Source: Bacteroidia bacterium (lineage in GTDB: Bacteria > Bacteroidota > Bacteroidia > UKL13-3). Taken from it: a DNA stretch of 64,000 bases. The notes below the pieces were generated by a model. That model saw only the letters and a program-made list of their open reading frames with translations. It searched no databases and was not told where the DNA came from. The stretch lies in assembly GCA_044337585.1 (NCBI GenBank), contig JBIINH010000002.1:1212-65211 (forward strand). Direction: 5' to 3'. Positions 48,396 through 58,174 of this stretch are shown one piece after another (within the stretch, counting starts at the first letter, position 1; every line of letters starts with the position of its first letter). The position numbers were made by a program, and so were the translations under genes.

Positions 48396-48575
48396 CTAAG
48401 AATATATTCCTGATAAAATAATTGTTCGAAGGAAAGGACTTGTTGTATCTGTTTTTCATCAATTTTGTTTTTGATGAAAATAATATGTTTCATCAAATGG
48501 TCGTATAATATGGTACCTTGAAGAAATAGCCATTTCCTTATAAGAAATGATATTGACTGAATCCTGTTACGCATG

Positions 48576-49625
48576 TTATTTGATTCCTCTTTTATTTAAT
48601 GCTCGTTGGTACTTATTCGCATTAACTTGGTGGGCTGCAAAATTTGTAGCAAAGCTATGATAACCCGAAAAGTCTTCTTTGGCACAGAAATAATAAAACT
48701 GATGGCGTTGCATATTTAATACCGCATCAATTACACGTGTACCGGGAATACAAATGGGGCCGGGAGGTAGTCCTTTGTTTTTATAGGTATTATAATCTGA
48801 ATTTATTTTTAGCATTTCTCCCGAAACCCTTCTGATACTTTTGTCATTCATGGCATATAAAATCGTAGGATCGGCTTGTAGTAGCATGCCTTTTAGAATG
48901 CGGTTATAATAGACACCCGCAACCACAGGCATTTCATCATATTTGTTCGTTTCTTTTTGTACAATGCTGGCCAAGGTCATTACTTCACCGGGAGTTAGGT
49001 TCAGGGCAGCACAATTATTCATTCTGGTTTCGTTCCAAAAGTTACGATATTCCTTAATCATTCTATTGATAAGTTCATGAGCATCCATGTTCCAATAAAA
49101 ATTATAGGTATTGGGAATAAAAATACAAATTGCTTGTGCCTGTGTAAGGCCTAGTGAATCTACAAACGTTGCTTGGGTAAGTATGGAATGCAATTCTGTA
49201 CTATCAGCCTCTAGTTGCCTCGACCAAAATCCACTTACATCAGCAATACGCTCTGCATACTTAAAAGTGATATCAAAAGCATGTTGCCTGCCACTTACCA
49301 GCATCCGCATTATTTGCAGGTTACTCATTTCTGTATCCAATTGATATTTTCCCGGCTTTACCATGTCGGAATATCCCAACACATTAATTATACGTGCCAG
49401 CGCTTCGGTATTTTTTAATACGCCCGATTGTTTGATGCGTTCAAAATTCTCATTAAAGTCTAAATCAGTGTAAATGTAAATGTATAAAGGACTTTCTGTT
49501 TTCGTATTTACATTGGTAGCCAACACGTCTTCATATATCTTAATGCCTGCACTTAATATCATAATCATAAAGATGGCGAGTATGACGTATATAATCTCGC
49601 GTGAACGTTTAGTCTTTTTAGCCAT
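48576..49625 (-). CDS. mltG: Endolytic murein transglycosylase MltG (YceG-like)
   Basis: N-terminal TM anchor followed by a YceG domain (...LLQADPTILYA...GLPPGPICIPG); 349 aa. Confidence 0.8.
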   Translation of the reverse strand: MAKKTKRSREIIYVILAIFMIMILSAGIKIYEDVLATNVNTKTESPLYIYIYTDLDFNENFERIKQSGVLKNTEALARIINVLGYSDMVKPGKYQLDTEMSNLQIMRMLVSGRQHAFDITFKYAERIADVSGFWSRQLEADSTELHSILTQATFVDSLGLTQAQAICIFIPNTYNFYWNMDAHELINRMIKEYRNFWNETRMNNCAALNLTPGEVMTLASIVQKETNKYDEMPVVAGVYYNRILKGMLLQADPTILYAMNDKSIRRVSGEMLKINSDYNTYKNKGLPPGPICIPGTRVIDAVLNMQRHQFYYFCAKEDFSGYHSFATNFAAHQVNANKYQRALNKRGIK

Positions 49626-49628
49626 GCG

Positions 49629-51524
49629 TTAGCTTTTGGTATTAAGTGCCTGTATGCGTTTGCTTATTTTGGCCAACTCGGTACGGTTACCGGTTGTGGT
49701 GTAATATGAGGCCATATTTGCCAACGCAGTTTTAGAGTCAGGGTCAAGCATGAGTGCTTTATTAAGGTATTGATAAGCAGTTTTCAAATCGTTTCGTTTG
49801 ATATAGATATAACCGACATTGCTCCAGGTTTCAGGTTGGTTACTGTATTTTTCGAGGGATATGTTAAACATTCTCAATGCTGCGTCAAGCTTGTTTTGAA
49901 GATAATAGTTCACTGCTAGTTTGTTGATAAACTCATATTGGTCAGGCGAGAGCATTGTGCATCGCTGTAGCCAAATTTCGGCTGGTGAGATAAGATTTAA
50001 TTGCTGATAAGATGCACCAATGCGGTAAGCAAGCCAAGGATCGTTGCACTTTACAGCCTGCAAGTCATTTGCAATTGCGGTTACACTTCTAAAATCATCT
50101 TTTAGGTAATACACATGTATCATCATGGCTTGAGAGCGCTTATCATTTTTTATTCCTCTTAAAATAAGCAGTGCCGAATCGAGTGATACAGGCTCTCCTT
50201 CAAATTTCTCGTAATAATTAATAAAGGCTTGTGCCCTTGAAATATCATCGGGATGAATATTGTTGATGCAATACAATCCGGCAAATTGTTTCAGCTTGCT
50301 TTCATCTGTAGCTTTAGTAGGTACTTTAATTTTATGATCATGAACCGTTACATGCGGTATATCAATGGTGCCTGATTGCGGCATATGGCATCCCACACAA
50401 TTGTCCTCAGATTTTACCCGTATTTGTTTTTCTTCTTTACATCCTGTTTGCATATTGTGGCAGTTTCCACAAGCGGTATTAAAAATTTGTGTGCCTGTTT
50501 CTTTTACACTTACATGCGGATTATGGCAGGTAATGCAAGTGAGTTTACTTGTTGCTTGTTCTTTGGCTGATTTTACAAAACAATCACTCATTTGTAATCG
50601 CTGTGCATGTGATGCCATGATAAATTCGTCTTCGGCACCGGTGTATCTTGGCATAAATACATCTACATAATCAGAAAGGGTTTGTCCGGGACGAAATTGG
50701 GTAAATAATTTCCCCTGCTTCAACACTGCATTGCCTTGAAGGTGGCAGCGTTGGCATAAATCAATTTGGCGTTCCCAACTTAATTTAGCCGGGTTCACAA
50801 TGGTATAATCAATTTGTGTGGCGGTATCAACCAATCTGCCGGCTAATTTTTCCTTCACATGTATTTCTCCCGGGCCATGACATCTTTCACAATCAATCCC
50901 GTTTGGAACACTCACAAACTTTTGGTCATTTGCCGCATCTACAACCGGCATTGCATTATGGCAGCTCATGCACTCTACATTGATGACACGGCTAAAACGT
51001 TTGTTTCTACCATCTTCAAATCCGGGTGGCAATTCCCATTTCTTTTCTTGTGCATACCATGTAATTGGTAATTGACTAATGTACCCGTTGTTAAATTGCA
51101 AATGCGAATTGGTATGCTGACCAGAACCTACGATGAAATCAATACGTTCTATTCTTTTATAAATGGTGTCTTTGCCATCAAGCCTAAATTCCATAATGAA
51201 AATCGAATCACCTTGGTTAAATGGTTTATAATAAAAATTTAGTTTGGCATCGTATACTATATGTTTATCTCCGAACGCTGCTGACGAACGCTGCTTAGTT
51301 GCATGCCCAAAAGATTTTCCCATTCCGGTACGGATATAGGTATCATAAATATCACCGTGACATGACCTGCAGGTTTCAATCCCAACGTATTTTACCGAGT
51401 CTTGATGATTAAGATAAGGAGAGGTGTTAGTTGCGGTTGAGGCTTTATTGCAAAAGAAATTGATAAATGCAATGAGTGAAGCCGATACAATCAAACACAA
51501 GTATATAATCCGCTTTGGCTTCAT
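49629..51524 (-). CDS. Heptahaem c-type cytochrome fused to a C-terminal TPR-repeat domain
   Basis: Seven CXXCH motifs read directly (CRSCH, CMSCH, CERCH, CQRCH, CITCH, CGNCH, CVGCH). N-terminal signal/anchor. The last roughly 200 aa have TPR-like W/LG/Y/A/F/A/P patterning. 631 aa. Confidence 0.8.
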   Translation of the reverse strand: MKPKRIIYLCLIVSASLIAFINFFCNKASTATNTSPYLNHQDSVKYVGIETCRSCHGDIYDTYIRTGMGKSFGHATKQRSSAAFGDKHIVYDAKLNFYYKPFNQGDSIFIMEFRLDGKDTIYKRIERIDFIVGSGQHTNSHLQFNNGYISQLPITWYAQEKKWELPPGFEDGRNKRFSRVINVECMSCHNAMPVVDAANDQKFVSVPNGIDCERCHGPGEIHVKEKLAGRLVDTATQIDYTIVNPAKLSWERQIDLCQRCHLQGNAVLKQGKLFTQFRPGQTLSDYVDVFMPRYTGAEDEFIMASHAQRLQMSDCFVKSAKEQATSKLTCITCHNPHVSVKETGTQIFNTACGNCHNMQTGCKEEKQIRVKSEDNCVGCHMPQSGTIDIPHVTVHDHKIKVPTKATDESKLKQFAGLYCINNIHPDDISRAQAFINYYEKFEGEPVSLDSALLILRGIKNDKRSQAMMIHVYYLKDDFRSVTAIANDLQAVKCNDPWLAYRIGASYQQLNLISPAEIWLQRCTMLSPDQYEFINKLAVNYYLQNKLDAALRMFNISLEKYSNQPETWSNVGYIYIKRNDLKTAYQYLNKALMLDPDSKTALANMASYYTTTGNRTELAKISKRIQALNTKS

Positions 51525-51527
51525 GAA

Positions 51528-51833
51528 TTAATTTTCGAACGCATCCCTCCACGCCATCATTCCTCCAAGTACATTTTTTACGTTGGTAAATCCACTATCA
51601 AGCAAATATAATTTGGCATTTGCACTTCTTGCACCCGAACGGCAATGCACAATCACTTCTTCATTCTTCAATGATTCCAATTCGGCTAATTTTCCTGGTA
51701 ATGTGCCAAGCGGAATGAGTTGAGCACCTATATTAAATTCTTCAAATTCATGCGGTTCTCGCACATCAATGATGTGTAGTTTTTCACCATTGTCTATTCT
51801 TTCTTTTAATTCTTGTACGGTAATGTCGCTCAT
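51528..51833 (-). CDS. Single-domain rhodanese (sulfurtransferase-like)
   Basis: Active-site loop HCRSGARS; 101 aa. Confidence 0.8.
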   Translation of the reverse strand: MSDITVQELKERIDNGEKLHIIDVREPHEFEEFNIGAQLIPLGTLPGKLAELESLKNEEVIVHCRSGARSANAKLYLLDSGFTNVKNVLGGMMAWRDAFEN

Positions 51834-51845
51834 AAGGTTATTGAT

Positions 51846-54710
51846 TTATTGTTGAATAATGAGTTTTTCAGTACTGCTATTTCCTGATTCATCTGTAACC
51901 TGAATCAGGTACATTCCATTTGTCAGCAAAGGCAAATGTACTTCATTTTCGAGATTGGATTGATGAAGAACTATTCTTCCTTGCAAGTCAAGAATACGAA
52001 TATCAAGTTTGCCATTTTTACCCGGGGCATCAATACGCAATATGGTTGAAGCCGGATTGGGGTAAATCACTACTTGTAAAGTGCCTTTTTGAATCTGGGT
52101 TTTGGCTTCAATTTCTTCACTACCAACCGGAGGCGTTAGCCATTTGCCAACAATCGGGCGCATCATGGGAGTGCCGCGTACCGAGGAATTACGCCAAAGG
52201 TCACGTATTTTATATGCAAGATTTGGATTAACTGCTGGTGAACCATCAATCTCAAAATTCTCATCCCATCCCACATTTAAATTAAATATCTGCGATTGTT
52301 CCCAACCAATATAAAATTTTCCGGAAGGCACTAAAATGGGTTCGTCAAATTTAAAATAGTAGAAAGCATTATAATCGTAAAAGTATTGAGGTGCTTGTAA
52401 TGAAAATCTTTTCAAAACTGTTTCTCCTGTACCGTTGCTGTTTGTTGCTATTGCTTGCCAAACCATTAAGTCAAATGTACGAAGGGAAACATCTTCAAAA
52501 GAGCGGTTAAAATGCATGCTAATTCCAAATAGGGTATCCGGTTTGGCCAATTCATATCCCAATGCAACGCCTCCGTAATCCAGGTCTATTCCATACCCAC
52601 TTTCAGCACTGCCATCATCGTATGCAAAAAAGTTACTGAAATAGGTAGGTATAACTACTTGGTCGTTTGTAGGTATATTATCTGTGCTTCCAATAATTCC
52701 TGTACGGTAGGTGGTGTTAAATTGAATTGTATCTGCTGTTGATAGATTTGGTAAGTTTATTGGGTTATTGAATATAATACTGGTATCACTTAATGCCAAA
52801 AAATTTGGAATAATGTTAGCAAATGAGTCAAGCGAAACATTGTTTTCATTTTTTATCAATCTACTGTATACAATAGGTGTATTAAGGTTGAAATTATTTC
52901 GCATATACATGCGTTGATTTGTTTTTGTATAATTTGAAGGATTTACAGCAAAATGTATGTATGGCATGCTGCTGTATGGCTTGATCAGGGATGTAGGTTT
53001 GGTTGTAATTGCAACATCTCGGTAAGCATCATTGCGGGTGCGTCCTTTGTCAAATTGAATATAGTCAATATGCCAATGATTGATATTGCCGGTACGGCTA
53101 CCAATATTCCTGAATAGAATTTGTACATCATCATGAAACATGCTGCTGTCAAATAATACAATATCAATTCGTGTAAAGCGGTCTTTACTATAATTCACAG
53201 CACTAGTGCTCCACAATATCTTGTAGGCAAATGGGTTGCATGGGTTACTTCGTATTTCAAGTATTAATGAGTCATTATTATTAGGCGTTTCTCCCCAGCC
53301 TTTGGGTTGAATAAAAAATGAAAGAATAACGGAATCAGCAAAGCGTAATCCGCTTAAATTAAATGATTGAGATAGCAAACTATCACACAACCCCCTACCT
53401 ACACCATACGGAGTAGCATTGGCATCTAGCCCATCAAAGGTGGCCACACCAATACTAGGTGGATTTTTTGCAAACTCTTTATTTATATAAGTTGAAGTAC
53501 TCTTCCATTTTCGTTGATCAGGAATAACATCAGATGAAGAAAAATCTTCAATAAATGGCAGGTATATTTTTTGCGAAACCTGAATGCCTCCTAACAGCAT
53601 TTGAATTGAGTCTGATGATGAATAGGTAACTTTTGAAATAAACCTGAATTGAAATAGTGCATGTTTAAACACAGTATTGTTTAGCTGAATAACATTGTAC
53701 ACAAAAGAGTCGTTTACTGAACGGCCTGCTTGCCACATACGCTGCCAGTTTCCCGAAATCGTTTTACCTTCCAAAATGATGGAGTCGGAATTGCGTGAGT
53801 TGGAAGTGCTGCTGTGAAAAAAACGCAGGAATACCGAATCAGTTGGTAAGAATGCAGTTAAGTCAATTAAATGAGATTGCAGTGTATCCGAAAATCCGGA
53901 TTGTGCGCTTGCATTGTCATACACACCTCCGGTGTCATTTAATGCATTAAACAATACAGCTTTCGTTGAATAAGGGCCATTCGCAAAAATATTTCCGGAA
54001 GCTACAGGCCAATTTTGAACGGATGGTAAAGCACTAGTTGATGAACTAAGGAAATTTTCATTAAACGGAGTGGAAGCATATTTGCCAAATACAGTGCGGT
54101 GTACCAAGAATGTTTCAATGTTGCTTACCTGTTGTGTCGAAATAAGTACAAACCGAAACTGAACCTGCGCCAAATCAAATGAGTCAATCGGTACATTTAA
54201 TGTGATTTCTCTAAATGTTTGGTTGCTTGGCGATGATGTCCATAGTGTACGATAGGTGCCATCGGCAAATCGCCATTGCAACAGCAATGAATCTGAGTTG
54301 GTCCAGTTGTTGCCCGTTGAATACACAAATTGGAAATAATAGGCATCGCTGGATGGGGTAAGGGTGATGTTTTGCGAAGTTAGAATATCGCAAGTATCGC
54401 TATTGCCGGGATTTGAAATGTAAACAAATTCATCTTTGTCCAATGCATTAAATACGGCACACTCATTTGTGATCAATACACCATTTGTAAGCCACAGGGA
54501 GTCTGCTAGGGTGCCACGGTTAAATCTTCCAATATGCGGGAAAATACTTCCATTTTTTGATCGTACAGGATATGATGAAACTGCTTTTTCAACTTGTAAT
54601 GGATGCGGATTTTGATAATATGGAGAGAGTACTTCTTTACCTTGTTGTGCAAACACAAATTGAAAAGTGAAAATTAACGGAATAATCAGGATACGTTTTA
54701 TAAATCTCAT
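51846..54710 (-). CDS. Large secreted protein with internal repeat modules and T9SS C-terminal sorting domain
   Basis: Signal peptide; repeated roughly 200-aa modules (DSVFLRFFH.., DSVILSFFIQ.., DDVQILFRNIG..); C-terminal VVIYPNPASTILRID...MYLIQVTDESGNSSTEKLIIQQ Por CTD; 954 aa. Confidence 0.7.
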   Translation of the reverse strand: MRFIKRILIIPLIFTFQFVFAQQGKEVLSPYYQNPHPLQVEKAVSSYPVRSKNGSIFPHIGRFNRGTLADSLWLTNGVLITNECAVFNALDKDEFVYISNPGNSDTCDILTSQNITLTPSSDAYYFQFVYSTGNNWTNSDSLLLQWRFADGTYRTLWTSSPSNQTFREITLNVPIDSFDLAQVQFRFVLISTQQVSNIETFLVHRTVFGKYASTPFNENFLSSSTSALPSVQNWPVASGNIFANGPYSTKAVLFNALNDTGGVYDNASAQSGFSDTLQSHLIDLTAFLPTDSVFLRFFHSSTSNSRNSDSIILEGKTISGNWQRMWQAGRSVNDSFVYNVIQLNNTVFKHALFQFRFISKVTYSSSDSIQMLLGGIQVSQKIYLPFIEDFSSSDVIPDQRKWKSTSTYINKEFAKNPPSIGVATFDGLDANATPYGVGRGLCDSLLSQSFNLSGLRFADSVILSFFIQPKGWGETPNNNDSLILEIRSNPCNPFAYKILWSTSAVNYSKDRFTRIDIVLFDSSMFHDDVQILFRNIGSRTGNINHWHIDYIQFDKGRTRNDAYRDVAITTKPTSLIKPYSSMPYIHFAVNPSNYTKTNQRMYMRNNFNLNTPIVYSRLIKNENNVSLDSFANIIPNFLALSDTSIIFNNPINLPNLSTADTIQFNTTYRTGIIGSTDNIPTNDQVVIPTYFSNFFAYDDGSAESGYGIDLDYGGVALGYELAKPDTLFGISMHFNRSFEDVSLRTFDLMVWQAIATNSNGTGETVLKRFSLQAPQYFYDYNAFYYFKFDEPILVPSGKFYIGWEQSQIFNLNVGWDENFEIDGSPAVNPNLAYKIRDLWRNSSVRGTPMMRPIVGKWLTPPVGSEEIEAKTQIQKGTLQVVIYPNPASTILRIDAPGKNGKLDIRILDLQGRIVLHQSNLENEVHLPLLTNGMYLIQVTDESGNSSTEKLIIQQ

Positions 54711-55462
54711 TCTTGTTTCAAATATAAATCAACGCTTTGTCCGCCCTTGGTATTTTCACCCGCAACCGGGACCTGTTTAGCCACTTTTGCCAGTGAGCTG
54801 TCAACAATATTGCCAAGATATATTACTGCGCCTAAGTTTAACGATGCACTGATCAATAAATTATGAGCCTCATTTTGTGTCAATCCGTTTAGGTCGGGAA
54901 TTACCACATCAATACTATCAATGAGTCCTGACCCAAGCACTAAGTCAATGCCAGATCCTTTGGGAACTTTGGCGTTTGCTGCAATGGGATTTCCCGCTAA
55001 TAATTGTTCCAATACTACATTTTGTGCGATATCGGGTTTGTAAGAAATAGTACCTTGTTTTAAGCCTGCTGATTTAAGCATGGCTTGTGCTTGCCTTAAT
55101 GAAACATCAATCAGGTTTGGCATTGATACCCCGGGAGGCCTATCACTGTTTACAATCAAGTATATTATTCTGCCTTCTTTTACTTTTGACTCTGGTGCAG
55201 GATTTTGGTCAATGATGCTCAATTTGGGTTTGTCTTCAAAAAACATGGAGTCGGTTATTACGAATCTAAGTTTTCTCTCTTCTAAAATTGAGATGGCATC
55301 TTCAGTTTTAAGACCTGTAATGTCTGGAACTGTTAGTGCTTCACCATGGCGTGTTGTGCCCCTTAGCAACAGTGCAGTTACACTTAATAAAATAAACAAT
55401 ACACCGAATATCAATAACAGATGTATGCCCGCAAGTTTGAATAATTTCATAACTACCCGCAA
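54707..55462 (-). CDS. Membrane-anchored PASTA-domain protein (three PASTA repeats)
   Basis: N-terminal TM; three roughly 65-aa repeats beginning VPDITGL, MPNLIDV and IPDLNGL; the stop overlaps the start of the downstream gene in ATGA fashion. Confidence 0.7.
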   Translation of the reverse strand: MRVVMKLFKLAGIHLLLIFGVLFILLSVTALLLRGTTRHGEALTVPDITGLKTEDAISILEERKLRFVITDSMFFEDKPKLSIIDQNPAPESKVKEGRIIYLIVNSDRPPGVSMPNLIDVSLRQAQAMLKSAGLKQGTISYKPDIAQNVVLEQLLAGNPIAANAKVPKGSGIDLVLGSGLIDSIDVVIPDLNGLTQNEAHNLLISASLNLGAVIYLGNIVDSSLAKVAKQVPVAGENTKGGQSVDLYLKQE

Positions 55463-55561
55463 TTAATCACAAATTAGGCTATTTCTCAAATCTGAAATTG
55501 CAATTGCATTTGATTTTCGGCACAGTTTTTGGAAATCCTGACATATTAATCAACAAACAAT

Positions 55562-56104
55562 ATGAAAAACGTAATTTTTGGGATGGCTGCGGCTTCATCA
55601 TTTTTATTCATTTCCTGTGTTTCTAAAACACCGTTTTTGCATCAAACACGTCAACAGATGGAATCAGGGCAGTTGAATGTTGAACAGTTACAATTTTACA
55701 CGGATCGTGAAATAGTATTCACACGCGAATTGGCGTCAGATAAGGTTAAAATTTATGCAGGTAAAATAAAGCATGAGAATGGAAAATATATTCACCGGGT
55801 TGTAATAAAAAAACATACCCCCGGAGTGTGTGTAAGTAAAGACTCTTCAAGTCTTTTGATGGTTTTTGAGAAAGGCAAGCAACGCGAATTGCAATTCAGA
55901 CTTTCTGCAAATGAATATTATACATTGTTGCCTTCTATTGAGCAAGGTCAAGATTTATTGGTTCATTACGATGGAAAAGTTTATAAAACAGACACAGAGA
56001 TGCTTGAAACCAAATTATTGGTAAAAAAGAAAATTGCCAGGCCTTATGAAATGAGCCAGCGCAAAGCCAAAGGTGTTCGTGTAGCCGGGCGTTTCCCTAT
56101 TTAA
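55562..56104 (+). CDS. Hypothetical lipoprotein
   Basis: Lipobox FLFISCVSK; 180 aa; no motif. Confidence 0.5.
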   Translation: MKNVIFGMAAASSFLFISCVSKTPFLHQTRQQMESGQLNVEQLQFYTDREIVFTRELASDKVKIYAGKIKHENGKYIHRVVIKKHTPGVCVSKDSSSLLMVFEKGKQRELQFRLSANEYYTLLPSIEQGQDLLVHYDGKVYKTDTEMLETKLLVKKKIARPYEMSQRKAKGVRVAGRFPI

Positions 56105-56289
56105 TTAACGCACCTAAACAAAACTTGCGAGGTTAGCCATTTTGGCTTTGTTCAAAATCAGCATATCGCCTTTGATATAAATATTAATCGCAATAATTAG
56201 TAGGGTTCTCATATGTTCAAATTAACAAAAAGTTCGAATAAGTTCGTGATGAATAAAATGAGATAATACGATAGTTGATAATTTCACTC

Positions 56290-56297
56290 TATCTTTG
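56290..56297 (+). promoter_or_regulatory. Bacteroidetes sigma-A -7 box (TATCTTTG)
   Basis: TAnnTTTG lies 58 bp upstream of the mnmA ATG, within a 250-bp intergenic region. Confidence 0.45.
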
Positions 56298-56354
56298 CCA
56301 TCAAATAATTTTACCAATCATAAGGGCTTTTTACCCTTTTTAATGTTTTGAGTA

Positions 56355-57461
56355 ATGAGTAAAAAAGGAAAAATTTTAGTAGCCATGAGCGGAGGGCTGG
56401 ATAGCACCGTTACGGCAGTAATGTTGGCCGAAGAAGGCTATGAAGTAATTGGCATCACCATGAAAACATGGGATTATGCAACATCGGGAGGTTCTAAAAA
56501 AGAAACTGGTTGCTGTAGTTTAGACAGTATAAACGATGCAAGAACCATTGCTGTTAAGCATGGCATTCATCATATGATTTTGGATATCAGAAATGAATTT
56601 GGCGATTTTGTAATTGACAATTTTGTAGAAGAATACCTTGCAGGTAGAACACCCAATCCATGTGTGCTATGTAATACACATATCAAGTGGGAGGCTTTAC
56701 TAAAACGAGCTATTCAACTTGATTGTGAGTTTATTGCAACTGGTCATTATGCCCAAGTTCGGCAAGAAAATCAACGTTTTGTCGTAAGCAAAGGACTGGA
56801 TGCAAACAAAGATCAATCTTATGTACTTTGGGGACTTTCGCAAGCGAGTCTCAGCAAAACACGTTTTCCGTTAGGACAATTTCATAAATCAGAAATCCGG
56901 CAAATGGCTTTGGATATGGGCTATGACGAACTGGTGAAAAAAAGCGAAAGCTATGAAATATGTTTTGTGCCCGATAATGATTACCGTGGTTTTCTGAAAC
57001 GAAGGGTTGGCGGTTTGGAAGAGCGTGTTGATGGCGGTGATTTTGTTTTGACGGATGGCACCATAATAGGTAAACACAAAGGTTACCCTTTTTACACAGT
57101 TGGGCAGCGCAAGGGTTTAGGAATTGCTGTTGGTGATCCGCTATATGTAGTTGAAATAAAACCAGAAACAAATACTGTCATCCTAGGAAATGAAAATGAT
57201 CTTCAACGCAATGGGATGTGGGTGCGAGGTGTAAATATGGGCAAATACGAAAAACTGGATAGCCCGCTTGATACCATTACCAAAATACGCTACAAAGATG
57301 CAGGCACACACGCAGTCATAGCACAGCATGGCGATAGGATGAAGGTGGTTTTTGATGCGCATGTAAAAGCCATAGCACCGGGACAGTCGGCAGTTTTTTA
57401 TGAAGGTAATGATGTAGTTGGTGGAGGATGGATTGAAAAAAGTTTTGCTTCTCAGGCTTAA
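56355..57461 (+). CDS. mnmA: tRNA-specific 2-thiouridylase
   Basis: PP-loop ILVAMSGGLDSTV; catalytic Cys residues; 368 aa. Confidence 0.9.
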   Translation: MSKKGKILVAMSGGLDSTVTAVMLAEEGYEVIGITMKTWDYATSGGSKKETGCCSLDSINDARTIAVKHGIHHMILDIRNEFGDFVIDNFVEEYLAGRTPNPCVLCNTHIKWEALLKRAIQLDCEFIATGHYAQVRQENQRFVVSKGLDANKDQSYVLWGLSQASLSKTRFPLGQFHKSEIRQMALDMGYDELVKKSESYEICFVPDNDYRGFLKRRVGGLEERVDGGDFVLTDGTIIGKHKGYPFYTVGQRKGLGIAVGDPLYVVEIKPETNTVILGNENDLQRNGMWVRGVNMGKYEKLDSPLDTITKIRYKDAGTHAVIAQHGDRMKVVFDAHVKAIAPGQSAVFYEGNDVVGGGWIEKSFASQA

Positions 57462-57519
57462 TTTGTTCGGAGATACTATTCATTCGGGTATTTCGTTTAA
57501 AAATACGTTATTTGAATCT

Positions 57520-58173
57520 GTGCAACGCATTTTATCTTTAGTCATTTTTGTTTTGGTTTTTTCTTCTTGTGAGGAGGATAATCCACCGCCACCACCTGAT
57601 TTAGGTTATAGATATTTTCCTCTCATTACCGGTAACGAAAGAATTTACCTGGTTGATTCACTCGCTTACGATAACAATGCAGGCATCACGGATATTGATA
57701 CGTTTCGGTATTATTACCGAGAACAAGTTGGTGAAATTTATCAATCAGGAAATGGCGAAAACTGGTACATGATTTATCGAGCATTTGCTGATACACTTGA
57801 CGGAAACTGGCGGGTTTCAAATACATGGAGGGCACTTCAAAATGAGCTGTATGCACAGCAAAATGAAGACAATCGGGTATTTGTGAAAATGGTATTTCCT
57901 GTAAAGGAAAATAAATCATGGAATGGTAACATGTTTAATGCATTGGATGCAATTACCTACCGATTTATTGCAACAGAAGTTCCTTATAACCAGTTTGACA
58001 ATACTATTATTATTCAAATGGAAAACGATTCTAATGCCATCGAAGTGATTCGCAGAAATGAACAGTATGCAAAAGATGTGGGACTGGTGTATTTTAAATA
58101 TGATTCATTAAATACCCAAGTATCCGGTACACGTGGGTTTAGAAAACAATACCGATTGATTCAATACCGATAG
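57520..58173 (+). CDS. Hypothetical lipoprotein
   Basis: A GTG start at 57520 gives MQRILSLVIFVLVFSSCEED (lipobox). The track ATG at 57418 would overlap mnmA by 44 bp and precede any signal peptide. Confidence 0.5.
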   Translation: MQRILSLVIFVLVFSSCEEDNPPPPPDLGYRYFPLITGNERIYLVDSLAYDNNAGITDIDTFRYYYREQVGEIYQSGNGENWYMIYRAFADTLDGNWRVSNTWRALQNELYAQQNEDNRVFVKMVFPVKENKSWNGNMFNALDAITYRFIATEVPYNQFDNTIIIQMENDSNAIEVIRRNEQYAKDVGLVYFKYDSLNTQVSGTRGFRKQYRLIQYR

Positions 58174-58174
58174 C

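Noticed and set aside
48392-48574. 60-aa minus-strand ORF between mltG and the MFS gene
   Set aside because: Low-complexity, AT-rich, no signal or motif, and it overlaps a likely regulatory inverted repeat. Probably not coding.
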